Assembly: GCA_037445065.1 (NCBI GenBank)
Contig: JBBILD010000005.1
Coordinates: 1-64,000, forward strand
Origin: Myxococcales bacterium
GTDB taxonomy: Bacteria > Desulfobacterota > Binatia > HRBIN30
Direction of reading: 5' to 3'
DNA length: 64,000 nucleotides
Positions 9,682 to 19,815 of the stretch are shown piece by piece. A program made the position numbers and the translations under genes. The first letter of the stretch is position 1. Each line of letters opens with the position of its first letter. Below the pieces are notes generated by a model that made no database searches, was not told the origin of the DNA, and worked only from the letters and a program-made list of their open reading frames with translations.

Positions 9682-10938
9682 TCAGATCACCGTGCCTGGT
9701 GGCAGCCGTGCCCCCTTGGGTACGATCACAATCCCGTCCCGGATGTAAAAGCTCGGGCCGTCGGCGTGTTTCTCGCCGGATTCGTTCCGAATCACCACGC
9801 CTGCCCCAATGCGCGCGTTCTTGTCAATGATGGCGTTCTCGATCACGCACTCGGGGCCCACACCGATGGGGATCTCGTCCTGAGCTTCTCCCTCGTAAAA
9901 GTCGGCTCCCATCATGACGACACGGCGCAGCCGACTTCCCGAGCGAATGACACTGCGAATGCCGATGACACAGTGCTCGATGGTCGCCCGCTCGATTCGA
10001 CAGCCTTCGGTGACAATGCTCGAGCGGACTGCGGCATCCAGAATTCGGCTTGCCGGTAAGAAGCGGGCACGCGTGAAGATTGGCCGTTCTTCGTTGAAGA
10101 GATCGATCGGCGGCTGCTCCGAAGTCAAATCCAAGTTGGCTTCAAAAAAATTGCGGATCGTGCCGATGTCCTCCCAATACCCTGCGAAGAAGAACGCGCG
10201 CACGTGGTACCGGCGGATCGCATCGGGGATAATTTCCTTGCCAAAGTCCACTTGGCGCTGGTCGAGCAAACAATCCACCAAGATCTCAGGTCGAAAAACG
10301 TAAATGCCCATGGACGCGAGGAAGCGGCGGTGCTCCGCCAGTCCCCGCCGCCTAAGTTCCGCCTCCTCCAAGGCGAGCCGTTGCAAAGTCCGCTCATCGC
10401 GCGGCTTTTCCACAAAGTCATCGATCCTGCCCTCCGGATTGAGGCGCAGGATGCCAAATTCGCTGGCATCTCGCTCAGTGACCGGAGTGACCGCCACGGT
10501 AATGTCGGCACCACTCTGTGTATGCTCCTGCAAAATGTCGCGGAAGTCCATCACGTAGAGTTGGTCTCCGGAAAGAATCAGGATCTGTTCCACCCCTCGC
10601 CGCACAAATCGGTGGAGTTGCTTGCGCACCGCGTCAGCCGTGCCCTGGTACCAATCAGAGCTTGCTTCGGTCTGCTCTGCGGCCAGGATCTCCACAAAAC
10701 CCGGCGTAAACGGGTCGAAATGGTACGTACGTGCCACGTGGCGATTTAACGAGGCGGACTGGAACTGGGACAAAACAAAAATCTGCCGCAGACCGGAGTT
10801 GATGCAATTGCTGATCGGAATATCCACAAGCCGGTACTTGCCGGCGAGCGGTACGGCGGGCTTGCTGCGTAGTTGTGTGAGCGGGTACAGGCGAGTTCCC
10901 CGCCCTCCTCCCAGGATCACCGCCACGACGTTTTTCAC
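9682..10938 (-). CDS. glgC: Glucose-1-phosphate adenylyltransferase
   Basis: GGGRGTRLYPLT, KPAVP, WYQGTADAV, SGDQLY, FVEKP, ASMGIY, DFG, YWEDIGT. Confidence 0.97.
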   Translation of the reverse strand: MKNVVAVILGGGRGTRLYPLTQLRSKPAVPLAGKYRLVDIPISNCINSGLRQIFVLSQFQSASLNRHVARTYHFDPFTPGFVEILAAEQTEASSDWYQGTADAVRKQLHRFVRRGVEQILILSGDQLYVMDFRDILQEHTQSGADITVAVTPVTERDASEFGILRLNPEGRIDDFVEKPRDERTLQRLALEEAELRRRGLAEHRRFLASMGIYVFRPEILVDCLLDQRQVDFGKEIIPDAIRRYHVRAFFFAGYWEDIGTIRNFFEANLDLTSEQPPIDLFNEERPIFTRARFLPASRILDAAVRSSIVTEGCRIERATIEHCVIGIRSVIRSGSRLRRVVMMGADFYEGEAQDEIPIGVGPECVIENAIIDKNARIGAGVVIRNESGEKHADGPSFYIRDGIVIVPKGARLPPGTVI

Positions 10939-10996
10939 GTGCGCCAGCCTACCGTAGCCTGCGCAAACCGTCTACCACCCCACACGGCGTCCCGAG

Positions 10997-13114
10997 TCAA
11001 AGGAAGCGTTCCGCGAGCTGGTCCAGCATTGGCCGCAGGATCGGGCTCGGGCTAGCCACGCAGGTAAGCCACAGTTGGTGAATGGCACGCGTGGCGCCAA
11101 CGTGCAGCAGTCTTCGGGCAGCGGGGGTGTCGGGGTAGTAAGCGGCACTGACCTCGATTAAGACGACGTAGTCGAACTCTAGGCCCTTGACCTGCTCCAC
11201 GTCCGTCACTTCCACCCCGGGCGCGAAGCGGAAATTTTGGGCTTCGACCAAATGCAGCTTCGGGACCCCACAGTTCGAGAACCCCTGATAGTACAGCCGG
11301 CTCAACTCTGCAGTGGGAGTCAAGATTGCAACCGAGGCCAAAGGTTCTTCACGCATAAGTTCACGCAACGCTTCCGAGAGGAACGCAACACAGGCACCTT
11401 GGTCCGTGAAGCGGAACAGTTCCACTGGTGGGCCGGAACGGACCGTGACTGGCGGTTTCGGGTCCTCCTGATAAGGGCCAAGAACCTCGGAAGCGAACTG
11501 TGCGACCGGCTGGGAACAACGGTAGCTTACCTCCAGTGTATTGACCTCAGTCCCTTCGATCCCGAGCGCACGGAACAAGTCGGCCCATGAGCTAAAGCCC
11601 CCTTGTTCGACAATGTGTTGCTGGGTGTCCCCAGCTAGCGTCAAGCTACGCCGCTCGTCTAGACACTCGATCAACACGCGCATTTCAAGGGGCGCGAAGT
11701 CCTGAACCTCGTCAATCGCAATGTGTCGGTACTGCAAGGGTTGACCCGAGGCTGCTGGAATCGGCCCCACACGCCGCTGCCAGAGAAAAAGCAAGAGCGG
11801 ATCGTCCTCTGGGTCGAGTTCTGCGATGGTCGATGTATCGCCTTCGCTCCAAGCGACAACCTCGCGGCAGCGATCCCGACACCAGTCAACAGCGCGCACA
11901 AGGTCACTCCCTTGAAAGGCGCCAGGGGCCACCTCGTCAAACACCGCGCGCAAAAGCGCTTCTTGACTCAGGAGGCTTGCCCAGTCGTCTAGAACCTGCG
12001 CGGGAGTGGCAGCACCAGGCTGGCTGCGGATGTACCGCTCCGCGGCCACCAACAAGGCGGGATGGAGCTTGAGCCGCTGGACCACCGCAGGAGTGTACTC
12101 GCGAACCTTGCGCGGCAGCTTCGGAAAAAGTCTCCGTACTTGCTCGGCAGCCCATTCCTGGAACGTGCGCACTTGCACCCGCCGCACACCCAGTGCGGGC
12201 AGCACATGGCTTACATAATCGCGCAGAGCGCGAGAAAAAACGATCACTAACGTACGCGGAGAGTCGAACGCCGGCTCCTGATACACCAGGTAGGCGATGC
12301 GGTGTAACGCCACGGTGGTCTTTCCTGAACCCGCGGTCCCCCGAATCACAACGAAGCCCGCTGACGGTTTGGTGATCAATTCGAACTGGGTCGGGTCGAT
12401 CAATCCGGCAATATCAGGCAAGTGTTTATCTGCGCGCCGCGGCGCTCCCGCGGCATCCGTACCCAATCGGCGGCCCTGGGTTTGGCTTCCCTCGTACGCC
12501 CAGAAAGCAGCCCCCTGCCCACCTCCTAACCGCGGGCGGCGAACACTTTCCGTTCTCCAACCCTCAGGTGCGCTCCCGTCGCGCACAAAAACCCCTTCTG
12601 GCGCCTCGATGCGCAGCAGTTCCCGATCGCGGATGGTTACGGTCCGCCGCACCAACAGCCGGCCATGCATGGTGCGACCGGCGATTTCCTCCTCGAACTC
12701 CTCCCCTTGTTGGTAACGGTAAAAAATCCGCGACACCGGGGCGTGGCGCCAGTCTACGATCCTGATGTCCCGCTCGACGCAAGTGGCCTTGCCCAACAGG
12801 ACATCGCGCTCGCTTCCGTTCTCTCGCAAACGCATGTGGGCAAAGTAGGGACTATTCGGATCCACCTGCGGAGCTTGCTTCGAGGCACGGATCTGTTCCA
12901 GCAAGGCACGCTGCCGATCCCACTGCTGTAAAAGCGCAGCGTGGTCCTCGCTCTTCTCCCCCTCGCGGAGCATGTCCCGCAGCCGCTCGAGCTCCGCAAC
13001 TAAGGCAGCTTCGGATGGGCCCTTGGGTGGGGTTCGGTCCAGTAAGGCCCGATTGACTCGATCGAGAAGCTCCAACTCCTCGGCTACGATTGGGTGGCGC
13101 ACGACAACCGGCAA
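10997..13114 (-). CDS. HelD-like SF1/UvrD-family ATPase
   Basis: SPYFA, IVDWRHAP, GTAGSGKTTVALHRIAYL, DEVQD, GDTQQ, SYR, VKGLEFD, TRA. Confidence 0.85.
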   Translation of the reverse strand: MPVVVRHPIVAEELELLDRVNRALLDRTPPKGPSEAALVAELERLRDMLREGEKSEDHAALLQQWDRQRALLEQIRASKQAPQVDPNSPYFAHMRLRENGSERDVLLGKATCVERDIRIVDWRHAPVSRIFYRYQQGEEFEEEIAGRTMHGRLLVRRTVTIRDRELLRIEAPEGVFVRDGSAPEGWRTESVRRPRLGGGQGAAFWAYEGSQTQGRRLGTDAAGAPRRADKHLPDIAGLIDPTQFELITKPSAGFVVIRGTAGSGKTTVALHRIAYLVYQEPAFDSPRTLVIVFSRALRDYVSHVLPALGVRRVQVRTFQEWAAEQVRRLFPKLPRKVREYTPAVVQRLKLHPALLVAAERYIRSQPGAATPAQVLDDWASLLSQEALLRAVFDEVAPGAFQGSDLVRAVDWCRDRCREVVAWSEGDTSTIAELDPEDDPLLLFLWQRRVGPIPAASGQPLQYRHIAIDEVQDFAPLEMRVLIECLDERRSLTLAGDTQQHIVEQGGFSSWADLFRALGIEGTEVNTLEVSYRCSQPVAQFASEVLGPYQEDPKPPVTVRSGPPVELFRFTDQGACVAFLSEALRELMREEPLASVAILTPTAELSRLYYQGFSNCGVPKLHLVEAQNFRFAPGVEVTDVEQVKGLEFDYVVLIEVSAAYYPDTPAARRLLHVGATRAIHQLWLTCVASPSPILRPMLDQLAERFL

Positions 13115-13156
13115 CTGTATCGTTTCACCATCCGCTCGTACAGAGGGCGTGAAGCG

Positions 13157-14290
13157 CTACCCTGGTGCCACGGCAGAACGCTTGCGACTGGCCAACCAGG
13201 TCACATTCTGTTGCCGCCTTGGCCGCCTTGCTCGGGTCCGGTAAAGCGAACGCGCACGTTGACGTTCCAGCCAATCCAGGATGACCGGGTATACGTCCGC
13301 CTTCGCATGGAGGCCCAAGATCAAATCCGCATGTGCGTAGTCGTTCCTCGCCCCTGTCGCGCGGCCAATCACCCGAAACTCTTTCTCAGGAGACCGAATC
13401 CTGTCGTACACTTCGCGCAAATCAGCTACCGGAGTCAGGTGGTCCTGGCTACCCGCCACGATCAAAATCGGAGTGGTGATGCGCTCCAAGTGTTCGGTAA
13501 AATCAAAGAGCCCATAACGGTCGGTCATCGAACGCATGTCGTACCAACGGGCGAACTCACGCAGCAGCGAGGCGGGGATGTCATCCACCGCAAGCAGCAT
13601 CAGGGCGCGAACCAAAGCGACGTCTGCATTCCCTCGGTGCCACCCTAGCTCGTGAATAGGCCGCGCGAGCAAGCGGAACAGCGGGCCCCCAAACGGCGCT
13701 GCAAGCCGCGCCAGCGTTCCGACCGGAACTCGCTCCGGCAGGTAACGCAGCAACGAGCGATACGGTAACCCGAGATCGAGCATCGGATGACCCACGCGCG
13801 ACATCATCGGTGAACCCAAGGTAACTGCGCTTGCGATCTTGGTGTGCATCGGCGTCATCAAAAGGGCGTACGCAATCATCCCGCCCATCGAGTGCCCAAC
13901 CCAATGCACCTGTCCCACTTCCACATGCCGCAATACGAGTCGGAGAATGGCAGGGGCGTCGTGGTACACGTAATCCTCAAAGGTCCAATCGTACCGCTTG
14001 CCATTCCAAAGGGTCGGGCGCATCGACCGACCTGCGCCACGCAGCTCAGCGACCCATGTGTCGTAGCCGGCGCGGTGCAGGTAACGGGCGAGCGAAATGT
14101 CGCCGGGACCATCCATGTCCCAACGGTTCGATGACATCCCGTGACACAGCACCACCGGAGTGCGGTGGGACTCCGGTCCCGGGTCGTAGCGATGCACCGC
14201 CAGCCGCCACCCGTCGCTAGTGCGGACGACGTACAGCCGAGGTTGCACCTCCCGCTGCCGCTCGAACCAAGAGTCTATCAGGGCTCTCAT
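13157..14290 (-). CDS. Alpha/beta-hydrolase (lipase/esterase-like)
   Basis: HG oxyanion motif, GHSMGG nucleophile elbow, GSQD, YAHADL. Confidence 0.88.
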   Translation of the reverse strand: MRALIDSWFERQREVQPRLYVVRTSDGWRLAVHRYDPGPESHRTPVVLCHGMSSNRWDMDGPGDISLARYLHRAGYDTWVAELRGAGRSMRPTLWNGKRYDWTFEDYVYHDAPAILRLVLRHVEVGQVHWVGHSMGGMIAYALLMTPMHTKIASAVTLGSPMMSRVGHPMLDLGLPYRSLLRYLPERVPVGTLARLAAPFGGPLFRLLARPIHELGWHRGNADVALVRALMLLAVDDIPASLLREFARWYDMRSMTDRYGLFDFTEHLERITTPILIVAGSQDHLTPVADLREVYDRIRSPEKEFRVIGRATGARNDYAHADLILGLHAKADVYPVILDWLERQRARSLYRTRARRPRRQQNVTWLASRKRSAVAPG

Positions 14291-14381
14291 TGTCCCCAGC
14301 GTACCACAAAGAGAGGCAAAAACAGCGCGAGCGGTAACACGACAAGATAAATCGCAGTCTGCGACTGAGAGTCGGGTGCGC

Positions 14382-15083
14382 TCAGGCCGCCTTGGGGACA
14401 GGCGCGGGGCGCTCTGTTTCGGTCTGCATGGGCGACCCGCTTCTGCGCGGTGAGCGAGCGTCGGTCAGCGGGATGTAAAGCGAGCCAGAGCGACGCAACT
14501 CCCCAGGGCCAAAGACCCGCATGTTGCCTGCGGGGAACACCACGATGTGCATCCACTCCGGATGCGAAATCCTGATGTGGAAGTACCTCGCCTGCCCGCG
14601 CCCGTTCGCACCGGCCGCACGCACCGCATGCGGGCAATGCACCGCGACCGGAGTTCCGTTGATTCGCAGGCGCCGTCGCGGCAGCAACTCGACAAGCCAG
14701 CCCTGCTCTTCCGCCATGCGAACCACACGCAAGATCTCCCGCCCCCGACCGGTAGACTTCGATAGTGCCCGTATGGCTCGCCGCGTCAAAAGCGCTTCTC
14801 GCACCAACGCCCTCCGGATTCGTCTTTGCGCCCGGCGCGTCCGCTCTAGCTCCGGACACTTACGCAACTGGGCGTGGATGCATTGGCGCGTGACGCCCAA
14901 GGCATCGGCAATCTCCTGGAGCGTCCACCCCTTTCGCACTAGCTCCGCTAACGCACGCTGCCTCTCAGGTCGGATTCCCCTAGTACGGCCCACCCACCGC
15001 TGCGCAGGTGAGTGCTGGGCAGCACGCTCGGACCTATGGCAACCCTTCCAGAAAACCGCCTGCGTGTTCCGCGCTGGTGTCAT
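14382..15083 (-). CDS. Hypothetical basic protein with N-terminal helix-turn-helix
   Basis: GWTLQEIADALGVTRQCIHAQL HTH; start uncertain. Confidence 0.6.
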   Translation of the reverse strand: MTPARNTQAVFWKGCHRSERAAQHSPAQRWVGRTRGIRPERQRALAELVRKGWTLQEIADALGVTRQCIHAQLRKCPELERTRRAQRRIRRALVREALLTRRAIRALSKSTGRGREILRVVRMAEEQGWLVELLPRRRLRINGTPVAVHCPHAVRAAGANGRGQARYFHIRISHPEWMHIVVFPAGNMRVFGPGELRRSGSLYIPLTDARSPRRSGSPMQTETERPAPVPKAA

Positions 15084-15097
15084 GACGTCAACGGCAT

Positions 15098-15114
15098 AGC
15101 AAAAGCTCCGCCAG
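15098..15114 (-). promoter_or_regulatory. Putative sigma54 (-24/-12) promoter
   Basis: Minus strand CTGGCGGAGCTTTTGCT: GG-N10-GC with TGGC and TTGCT, directly upstream of the HTH gene. Confidence 0.55.
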
Positions 15115-15627
15115 CCCACCTAAGACCAACCTGCCAATCCCATTTCGCACTTGCTGAAGCAGAGTTCCAGACAAAAGTGTGGCATTTTGTTCGATTTTGC
15201 GGTCTTCCCGCAACGCTCACCTAAATGTTCCTGGATCGAGGCGATTCCCGGGGGCTTTGCGATCTCCCTGCAGAAGAGGCAACGCTGCCGCAGTTTCGAG
15301 CGAAAGACACCGGGCAGCGCGGGATTGATGTGAGCTACAGGTGTTTCCCAGTGGCCCTACCAAGGATCCTTCGCTGTGCGCTCCCCTCCTACCGGCCGCC
15401 GGAAGCCGCCGCACGAAGCGCTTCCGGGCCGCGCCGTGACTGCCGGAACGGGTCATCGTATCGGTGCAAAAGCACCACCCGCGCGTAAAACGCTTTCGCG
15501 GCGCACCAAGCTGTACCATCTCCACCGCACGGAAAGCGCGCCGTGCATTTTACGCAACCTGATGCTAGCGTGGTGTCCTCGGTTGCCGAGATGCGATACG
15601 CGTAAGATCCTAATTCAAAAGGCTCCT

Positions 15628-15713
<86 letters not shown>

Positions 15714-15874
15714 TTCCCCCGAGCCGCGGTCGACCCGGCACTGTCCCCATCGCTCGCTCGCTTGCCTAAAAACTAGCGCAAGCAAGCCTTCGGCGGTCTC
15801 CCGCACTCCCACTCACCTGCAAGGGCTGGATTCCAAGGTCCGATGCCTGCTTGCGGAAACCCGGACGGCTCGCC

Positions 15875-18115
15875 TCACTTGAAGTCCTCCGTGAACAAGA
15901 CCTGTTGCACGTAGACGAAGCGCGGCGTCAGCGGCGGTAGGTTGGCCGCGTTCATGAAAAACGGGTCAAAGTTCCAGTTCCGGTTCGGGGGATTGTAAAT
16001 GTTGCAACCCGACGACAAGGTTCCCCCGGTTCCGCACCAGCGGCCGTTGACGTGAACAGGCGTACCTAAGCTTACGAAGCTTCCCCAGTAGGTGAAAGTC
16101 TTACCGGACCAGTCCTCATGAAAACGCGGGTAATTTTCGAGCCCGCCGTTGTACACGCCAGGCCGCGTGTCATCCACTCCGGCAAGAAAGCCGGCATTGA
16201 TCCAGGTAGCGGAGGCGTCTCGGCTGGAATCGCTCAAGCTTTTGTTGCTTTGGCAATCATTCTTACATCCGGCCCGGTCGAAGTAGGCATTCGACAGAAT
16301 GTTGATGCTGTCTGCCAGAAACGCGGCCGGCTGTTTGGGCAAGTTGCTAGCCGGCGCAGACGGGTTTCCAAACGGAGAGGGCGCGTTGTTTCCCTGGTTA
16401 AAGTCGCCCTGCACGTACATCGCTTGGTCCGAGACAATCGTGATCCCAGTCGGGTCTTGCCCAGGTCCCGGGGTTGTAGGGAACCAGAGATTGCCCGAGC
16501 CAAACACCCGGACCCCATAGTTGTTTGCTGCTGCACCGGAGTCGGGGCCCACAACCGTGAGGTACAACACCAGGCCACCGTCGCTCGTGTCGGCGTTATT
16601 GAAGAGCTTCGCGTCGGCCGGCTGGAAGCGGTTCCACTGCAGCAAATCGGCGACGTTCACGTTCAATAAGTACATCCACTTCTTCTCACGCCAGTTGTAA
16701 AAACCACCACGGCGGTAATCGAGGTCGCCCAACATCCCGAGGGTCGAGCCCAGCCCCACGAAGTTGTTGCTCGTGTAAGTTCGGTTAAAAGGATTGGCGC
16801 TGACAGCTTGCCCGCCGTTGTTACACGTTCCTGCGCCCGCCGGACAACCGATGTAGCGGTTGGTTGCGTACCCGAGCGTTGAGGGATTGATCTGCGGATA
16901 ACACGATGGGTTTGTGCTGTTACAGTTCGGACTGCTGTTGCTGCAGGTACACGAAGTTGCGTGGCTCAATGAGAGTCGGAAGCCCGTTACTGGAACCTCG
17001 GTGTAAAAGATCGGCCTGGTTCCGGCGAGCGGGCCTGTCATCGAAGTGGGGGCTCCGTTTGCGTATGTCCCACCCAACTGAGGATCGGCTATAAAGCTCC
17101 ATAAGAGCGTCGTTTTTGCCACATCGCGGGCACCGGTTGCATCTTGGACCTCGATTGTCGCTGGCACGAGCGGCCCTCCGGGAAGCTGGCCAGGGGTGTT
17201 CAGCACCAGGGCAATACGCAAATCCGCCTTTTGCCAAAAGGTTCCGGCGCCCTGAGGAGGCCGCGCTAACACATCCGGTTGCGGCACGGAGATGTTCTCG
17301 ATGTTGGCGACAATACTTCCCTTCCACTGCGCTAGGCTCGCGGTGGTTTGCAGCATCGTGCCGCTACTGCCGCATGGCATGGCACGGGGATCCAGATCCC
17401 CAAATGGGGCGACAACGTCTTCCAATTTGTCAATCGTGACGCTGCCTGCATTGCAGACGTTGGAGTCTTTCCTTCCCCGATAAATGTTTCCTTTGGCAGA
17501 GACCTGCACACTTGTCACTCCGTTCGCAGGGTCGTCGCCAATGGTCAGGGAGTTCCCTGAATTCAAGTACAGATCGCCGTTTGTGTGTACGCGCCCGCGC
17601 AGGGTCATCGGCGGCCCGGGGGCGATTTCCAAATCTCGATTGTAAAATGCAACGAACTGAAACAACGGAATATTGCCGACGAGGAACTCTGCCCCCAACG
17701 TGGCTTCCTCGTCGCCGCTGACGAGATTGGTTGCTTTAGAGAGAACTGTGTACCCGTATTCCAATGAATTGAGTCCTGCGAACAACTGTCCTGCAGGGAT
17801 CGTCACGCTGCGAGGATTGCCCGGCTTCTCCGTGAGCTGGTAAACGACGCTGCGCCCCTCCATGGAACTCGAACGGGGATCGAAGTCGGAACCGCTTGGT
17901 ACCCGGTATTCCAGAAACTTATTCTTGAATTCCGCCATGCCGCGGTTAAGGCCGCCTTCGGCAGCACTGAAGCCGATCATCGCCTGGCGAAACGCTCCGC
18001 CCATTTGCGTATCCATACGCAGCTTCGCAGCTAGGGTGGCGACTAACGCTGATAGGAAAAACAAGGTAACGAGTACTCCGATGAGAGCGATCCCACGTTC
18101 CGCCTCGTATCGCAT
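15875..18115 (-). CDS. PilX-like type IV minor pilin with large C-terminal domain
   Basis: ERG|IALIGVLV class III signal lacking E5; AAEGG; C-terminal GGLENYPRFHEDW...LPPLTP. Confidence 0.85.
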   Translation of the reverse strand: MRYEAERGIALIGVLVTLFFLSALVATLAAKLRMDTQMGGAFRQAMIGFSAAEGGLNRGMAEFKNKFLEYRVPSGSDFDPRSSSMEGRSVVYQLTEKPGNPRSVTIPAGQLFAGLNSLEYGYTVLSKATNLVSGDEEATLGAEFLVGNIPLFQFVAFYNRDLEIAPGPPMTLRGRVHTNGDLYLNSGNSLTIGDDPANGVTSVQVSAKGNIYRGRKDSNVCNAGSVTIDKLEDVVAPFGDLDPRAMPCGSSGTMLQTTASLAQWKGSIVANIENISVPQPDVLARPPQGAGTFWQKADLRIALVLNTPGQLPGGPLVPATIEVQDATGARDVAKTTLLWSFIADPQLGGTYANGAPTSMTGPLAGTRPIFYTEVPVTGFRLSLSHATSCTCSNSSPNCNSTNPSCYPQINPSTLGYATNRYIGCPAGAGTCNNGGQAVSANPFNRTYTSNNFVGLGSTLGMLGDLDYRRGGFYNWREKKWMYLLNVNVADLLQWNRFQPADAKLFNNADTSDGGLVLYLTVVGPDSGAAANNYGVRVFGSGNLWFPTTPGPGQDPTGITIVSDQAMYVQGDFNQGNNAPSPFGNPSAPASNLPKQPAAFLADSINILSNAYFDRAGCKNDCQSNKSLSDSSRDASATWINAGFLAGVDDTRPGVYNGGLENYPRFHEDWSGKTFTYWGSFVSLGTPVHVNGRWCGTGGTLSSGCNIYNPPNRNWNFDPFFMNAANLPPLTPRFVYVQQVLFTEDFK

Positions 18116-18127
18116 GGCAACGACTCC

Positions 18128-18997
18128 CTACTGTGGTAACAGGTTGCGAGGCTTGATGTTCACTGTCATCGTACGGGTATGAAAGCCACCTTCGGGCCGC
18201 TCCTTGTCCGAACGAGCGCGCACCGTGAGGATGACTTGCTCCACGAGGCGCCACTCGTCCTCGCTAGATGGTAACGGCACGACGTCGCAAGGAGGGCAGT
18301 TGCGGCGCAACTGATACTGGAAGTCCAAGCGTTCGATGCCGACCGCAAACGGCTGCGGATCTGCTGGCAACACTTGCATCATCAACTCCGGTGTGTCGCC
18401 CCAAGGTGCAGCCCAGTGGTTTAGATAGTACCGGCGCTCATCAATTGCGTACACCCCACTCCCCGCGGGGTAGCTGTTGTCAAACGCTCCAGACTTTCCG
18501 AGCCGCTTATTCGCTTGATCCACCGAGGTAACCGTGAAGTACTCCCCAAATCCAGCCGGAGCACGAATGTAAGCGCGGATCCCGGCCACAAAACCGTCAG
18601 TGATCTCCACCGGGAGCGCGGTCGCCGAGCGCGAAACGTCCGCCGTGGTGGCTGTGCGCACGCACGCCAAGTCCGGCCGCACCAAGCCGCTGCGAATCCA
18701 AATTTCGTCCTCATCGCCACCGTCGCCACCATCGAGCGCGATGAAGTCGCCCGTGATCGGCAGGCACGCTCCGGCCAAGCGGATGTCTCGCACCAGTACA
18801 TCAATTGCGGCTCGAGCGTTATTCGTTGCTTCTACCGCCAACTCTTGAGAGGTTGCGGTACGGCGGGTCGCTGACAAAAGGGTGGTTGTCACCGCGACTG
18901 CGGTCACGGTTACAGCAACCGCGACGAGCAGCTCCATCAACGATGCGCCCCGCTGCTCACCGACGAACTTGAGTGTAAATCGTTGCCAATTTGACAC
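18128..18997 (-). CDS. PilW-like type IV minor pilin
   Basis: QRG|ASLMELLVAV; NARAAIDVLVRDIRLAG; C-terminal PRN. Confidence 0.88.
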   Translation of the reverse strand: MSNWQRFTLKFVGEQRGASLMELLVAVAVTVTAVAVTTTLLSATRRTATSQELAVEATNNARAAIDVLVRDIRLAGACLPITGDFIALDGGDGGDEDEIWIRSGLVRPDLACVRTATTADVSRSATALPVEITDGFVAGIRAYIRAPAGFGEYFTVTSVDQANKRLGKSGAFDNSYPAGSGVYAIDERRYYLNHWAAPWGDTPELMMQVLPADPQPFAVGIERLDFQYQLRRNCPPCDVVPLPSSEDEWRLVEQVILTVRARSDKERPEGGFHTRTMTVNIKPRNLLPQ

Positions 18998-19352
18998 TGC
19001 GCGCTCCGCGAATGTCCGTCCAATCCACTTTCACTTCGACGGTCTTCATATTTGCCGCCGGGCTGTTTTCGAACACGTTCGTCACAACCGAGTAGGTGAC
19101 TCCGCCCAAGGTCTGGGTGCTCGACCTCGGCGCAATGGCTCCGTAGTCCAACGCACGCACAGCTTCGATCTCCTGTTCGGCAAGCGCGTACGCGTAGGAA
19201 TCTCGGAAATTGTTGCCAGCCGCGCGGACGTGTTGCACAAGGAATGAACTAATCGCGGCCAGAGCAATCGCGAAGAGAGCCAACGCCACCATGGCTTCCG
19301 TCAAGGTCACACCGCGCTCTGGGCGCATTCGAGTCAGCTCAGAACTCTTCAT
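18957..19352 (-). CDS. PilV-like type IV minor pilin
   Basis: ERG|VTLTEAMVAL; AYALAEQEIE; VEVKVDW. Confidence 0.85.
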   Translation of the reverse strand: MKSSELTRMRPERGVTLTEAMVALALFAIALAAISSFLVQHVRAAGNNFRDSYAYALAEQEIEAVRALDYGAIAPRSSTQTLGGVTYSVVTNVFENSPAANMKTVEVKVDWTDIRGARSVKLATIYTQVRR

Positions 19353-19815
19353 AAGCCTGTCCCGATGGCCACAACGAGATTTGGTGTACGGACCCGAAGG
19401 TGTCCCAGAACCAAGCATACAGGGGATACGGGTTGTTCAGATCCGGGTACGCCACCTGCAAGCCGCGGGTGTTAAACTTGATATGATTGCCGGTGGCCGC
19501 GCCCAAGTACCAGCTCACGCCCGCCGGCAGAGTCACGTCCCTCAATACTCGATCCAACACCCAATTGCTCCCGCTCTGGCGCAAGCGACGGACTTGGTAA
19601 CGATTCGCGCTCACGATGTGCACGCAAACGTGCGTACCGGTCACAATGGCCTTTGCCCGAGCATAGCGCACGTCACCGAGGAATGTTTCGACAGCCGAAT
19701 TCGCCCGAAGCGGCCGCGGATCCAACCGGGGGAGGGCCACTCCCAACAAGATCGCCAGGATCGCCACGAAGGTGATCAGTTCAATTAAGGTAAAACCCTG
19801 ATTCGACCCGCGCAT
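19339..19815 (-). CDS. FimT/FimU (GspH)-like minor pilin
   Basis: QG|FTLIELITFVAIL; ARAKAI; FNTRG. Confidence 0.88.
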   Translation of the reverse strand: MRGSNQGFTLIELITFVAILAILLGVALPRLDPRPLRANSAVETFLGDVRYARAKAIVTGTHVCVHIVSANRYQVRRLRQSGSNWVLDRVLRDVTLPAGVSWYLGAATGNHIKFNTRGLQVAYPDLNNPYPLYAWFWDTFGSVHQISLWPSGQAYEEF

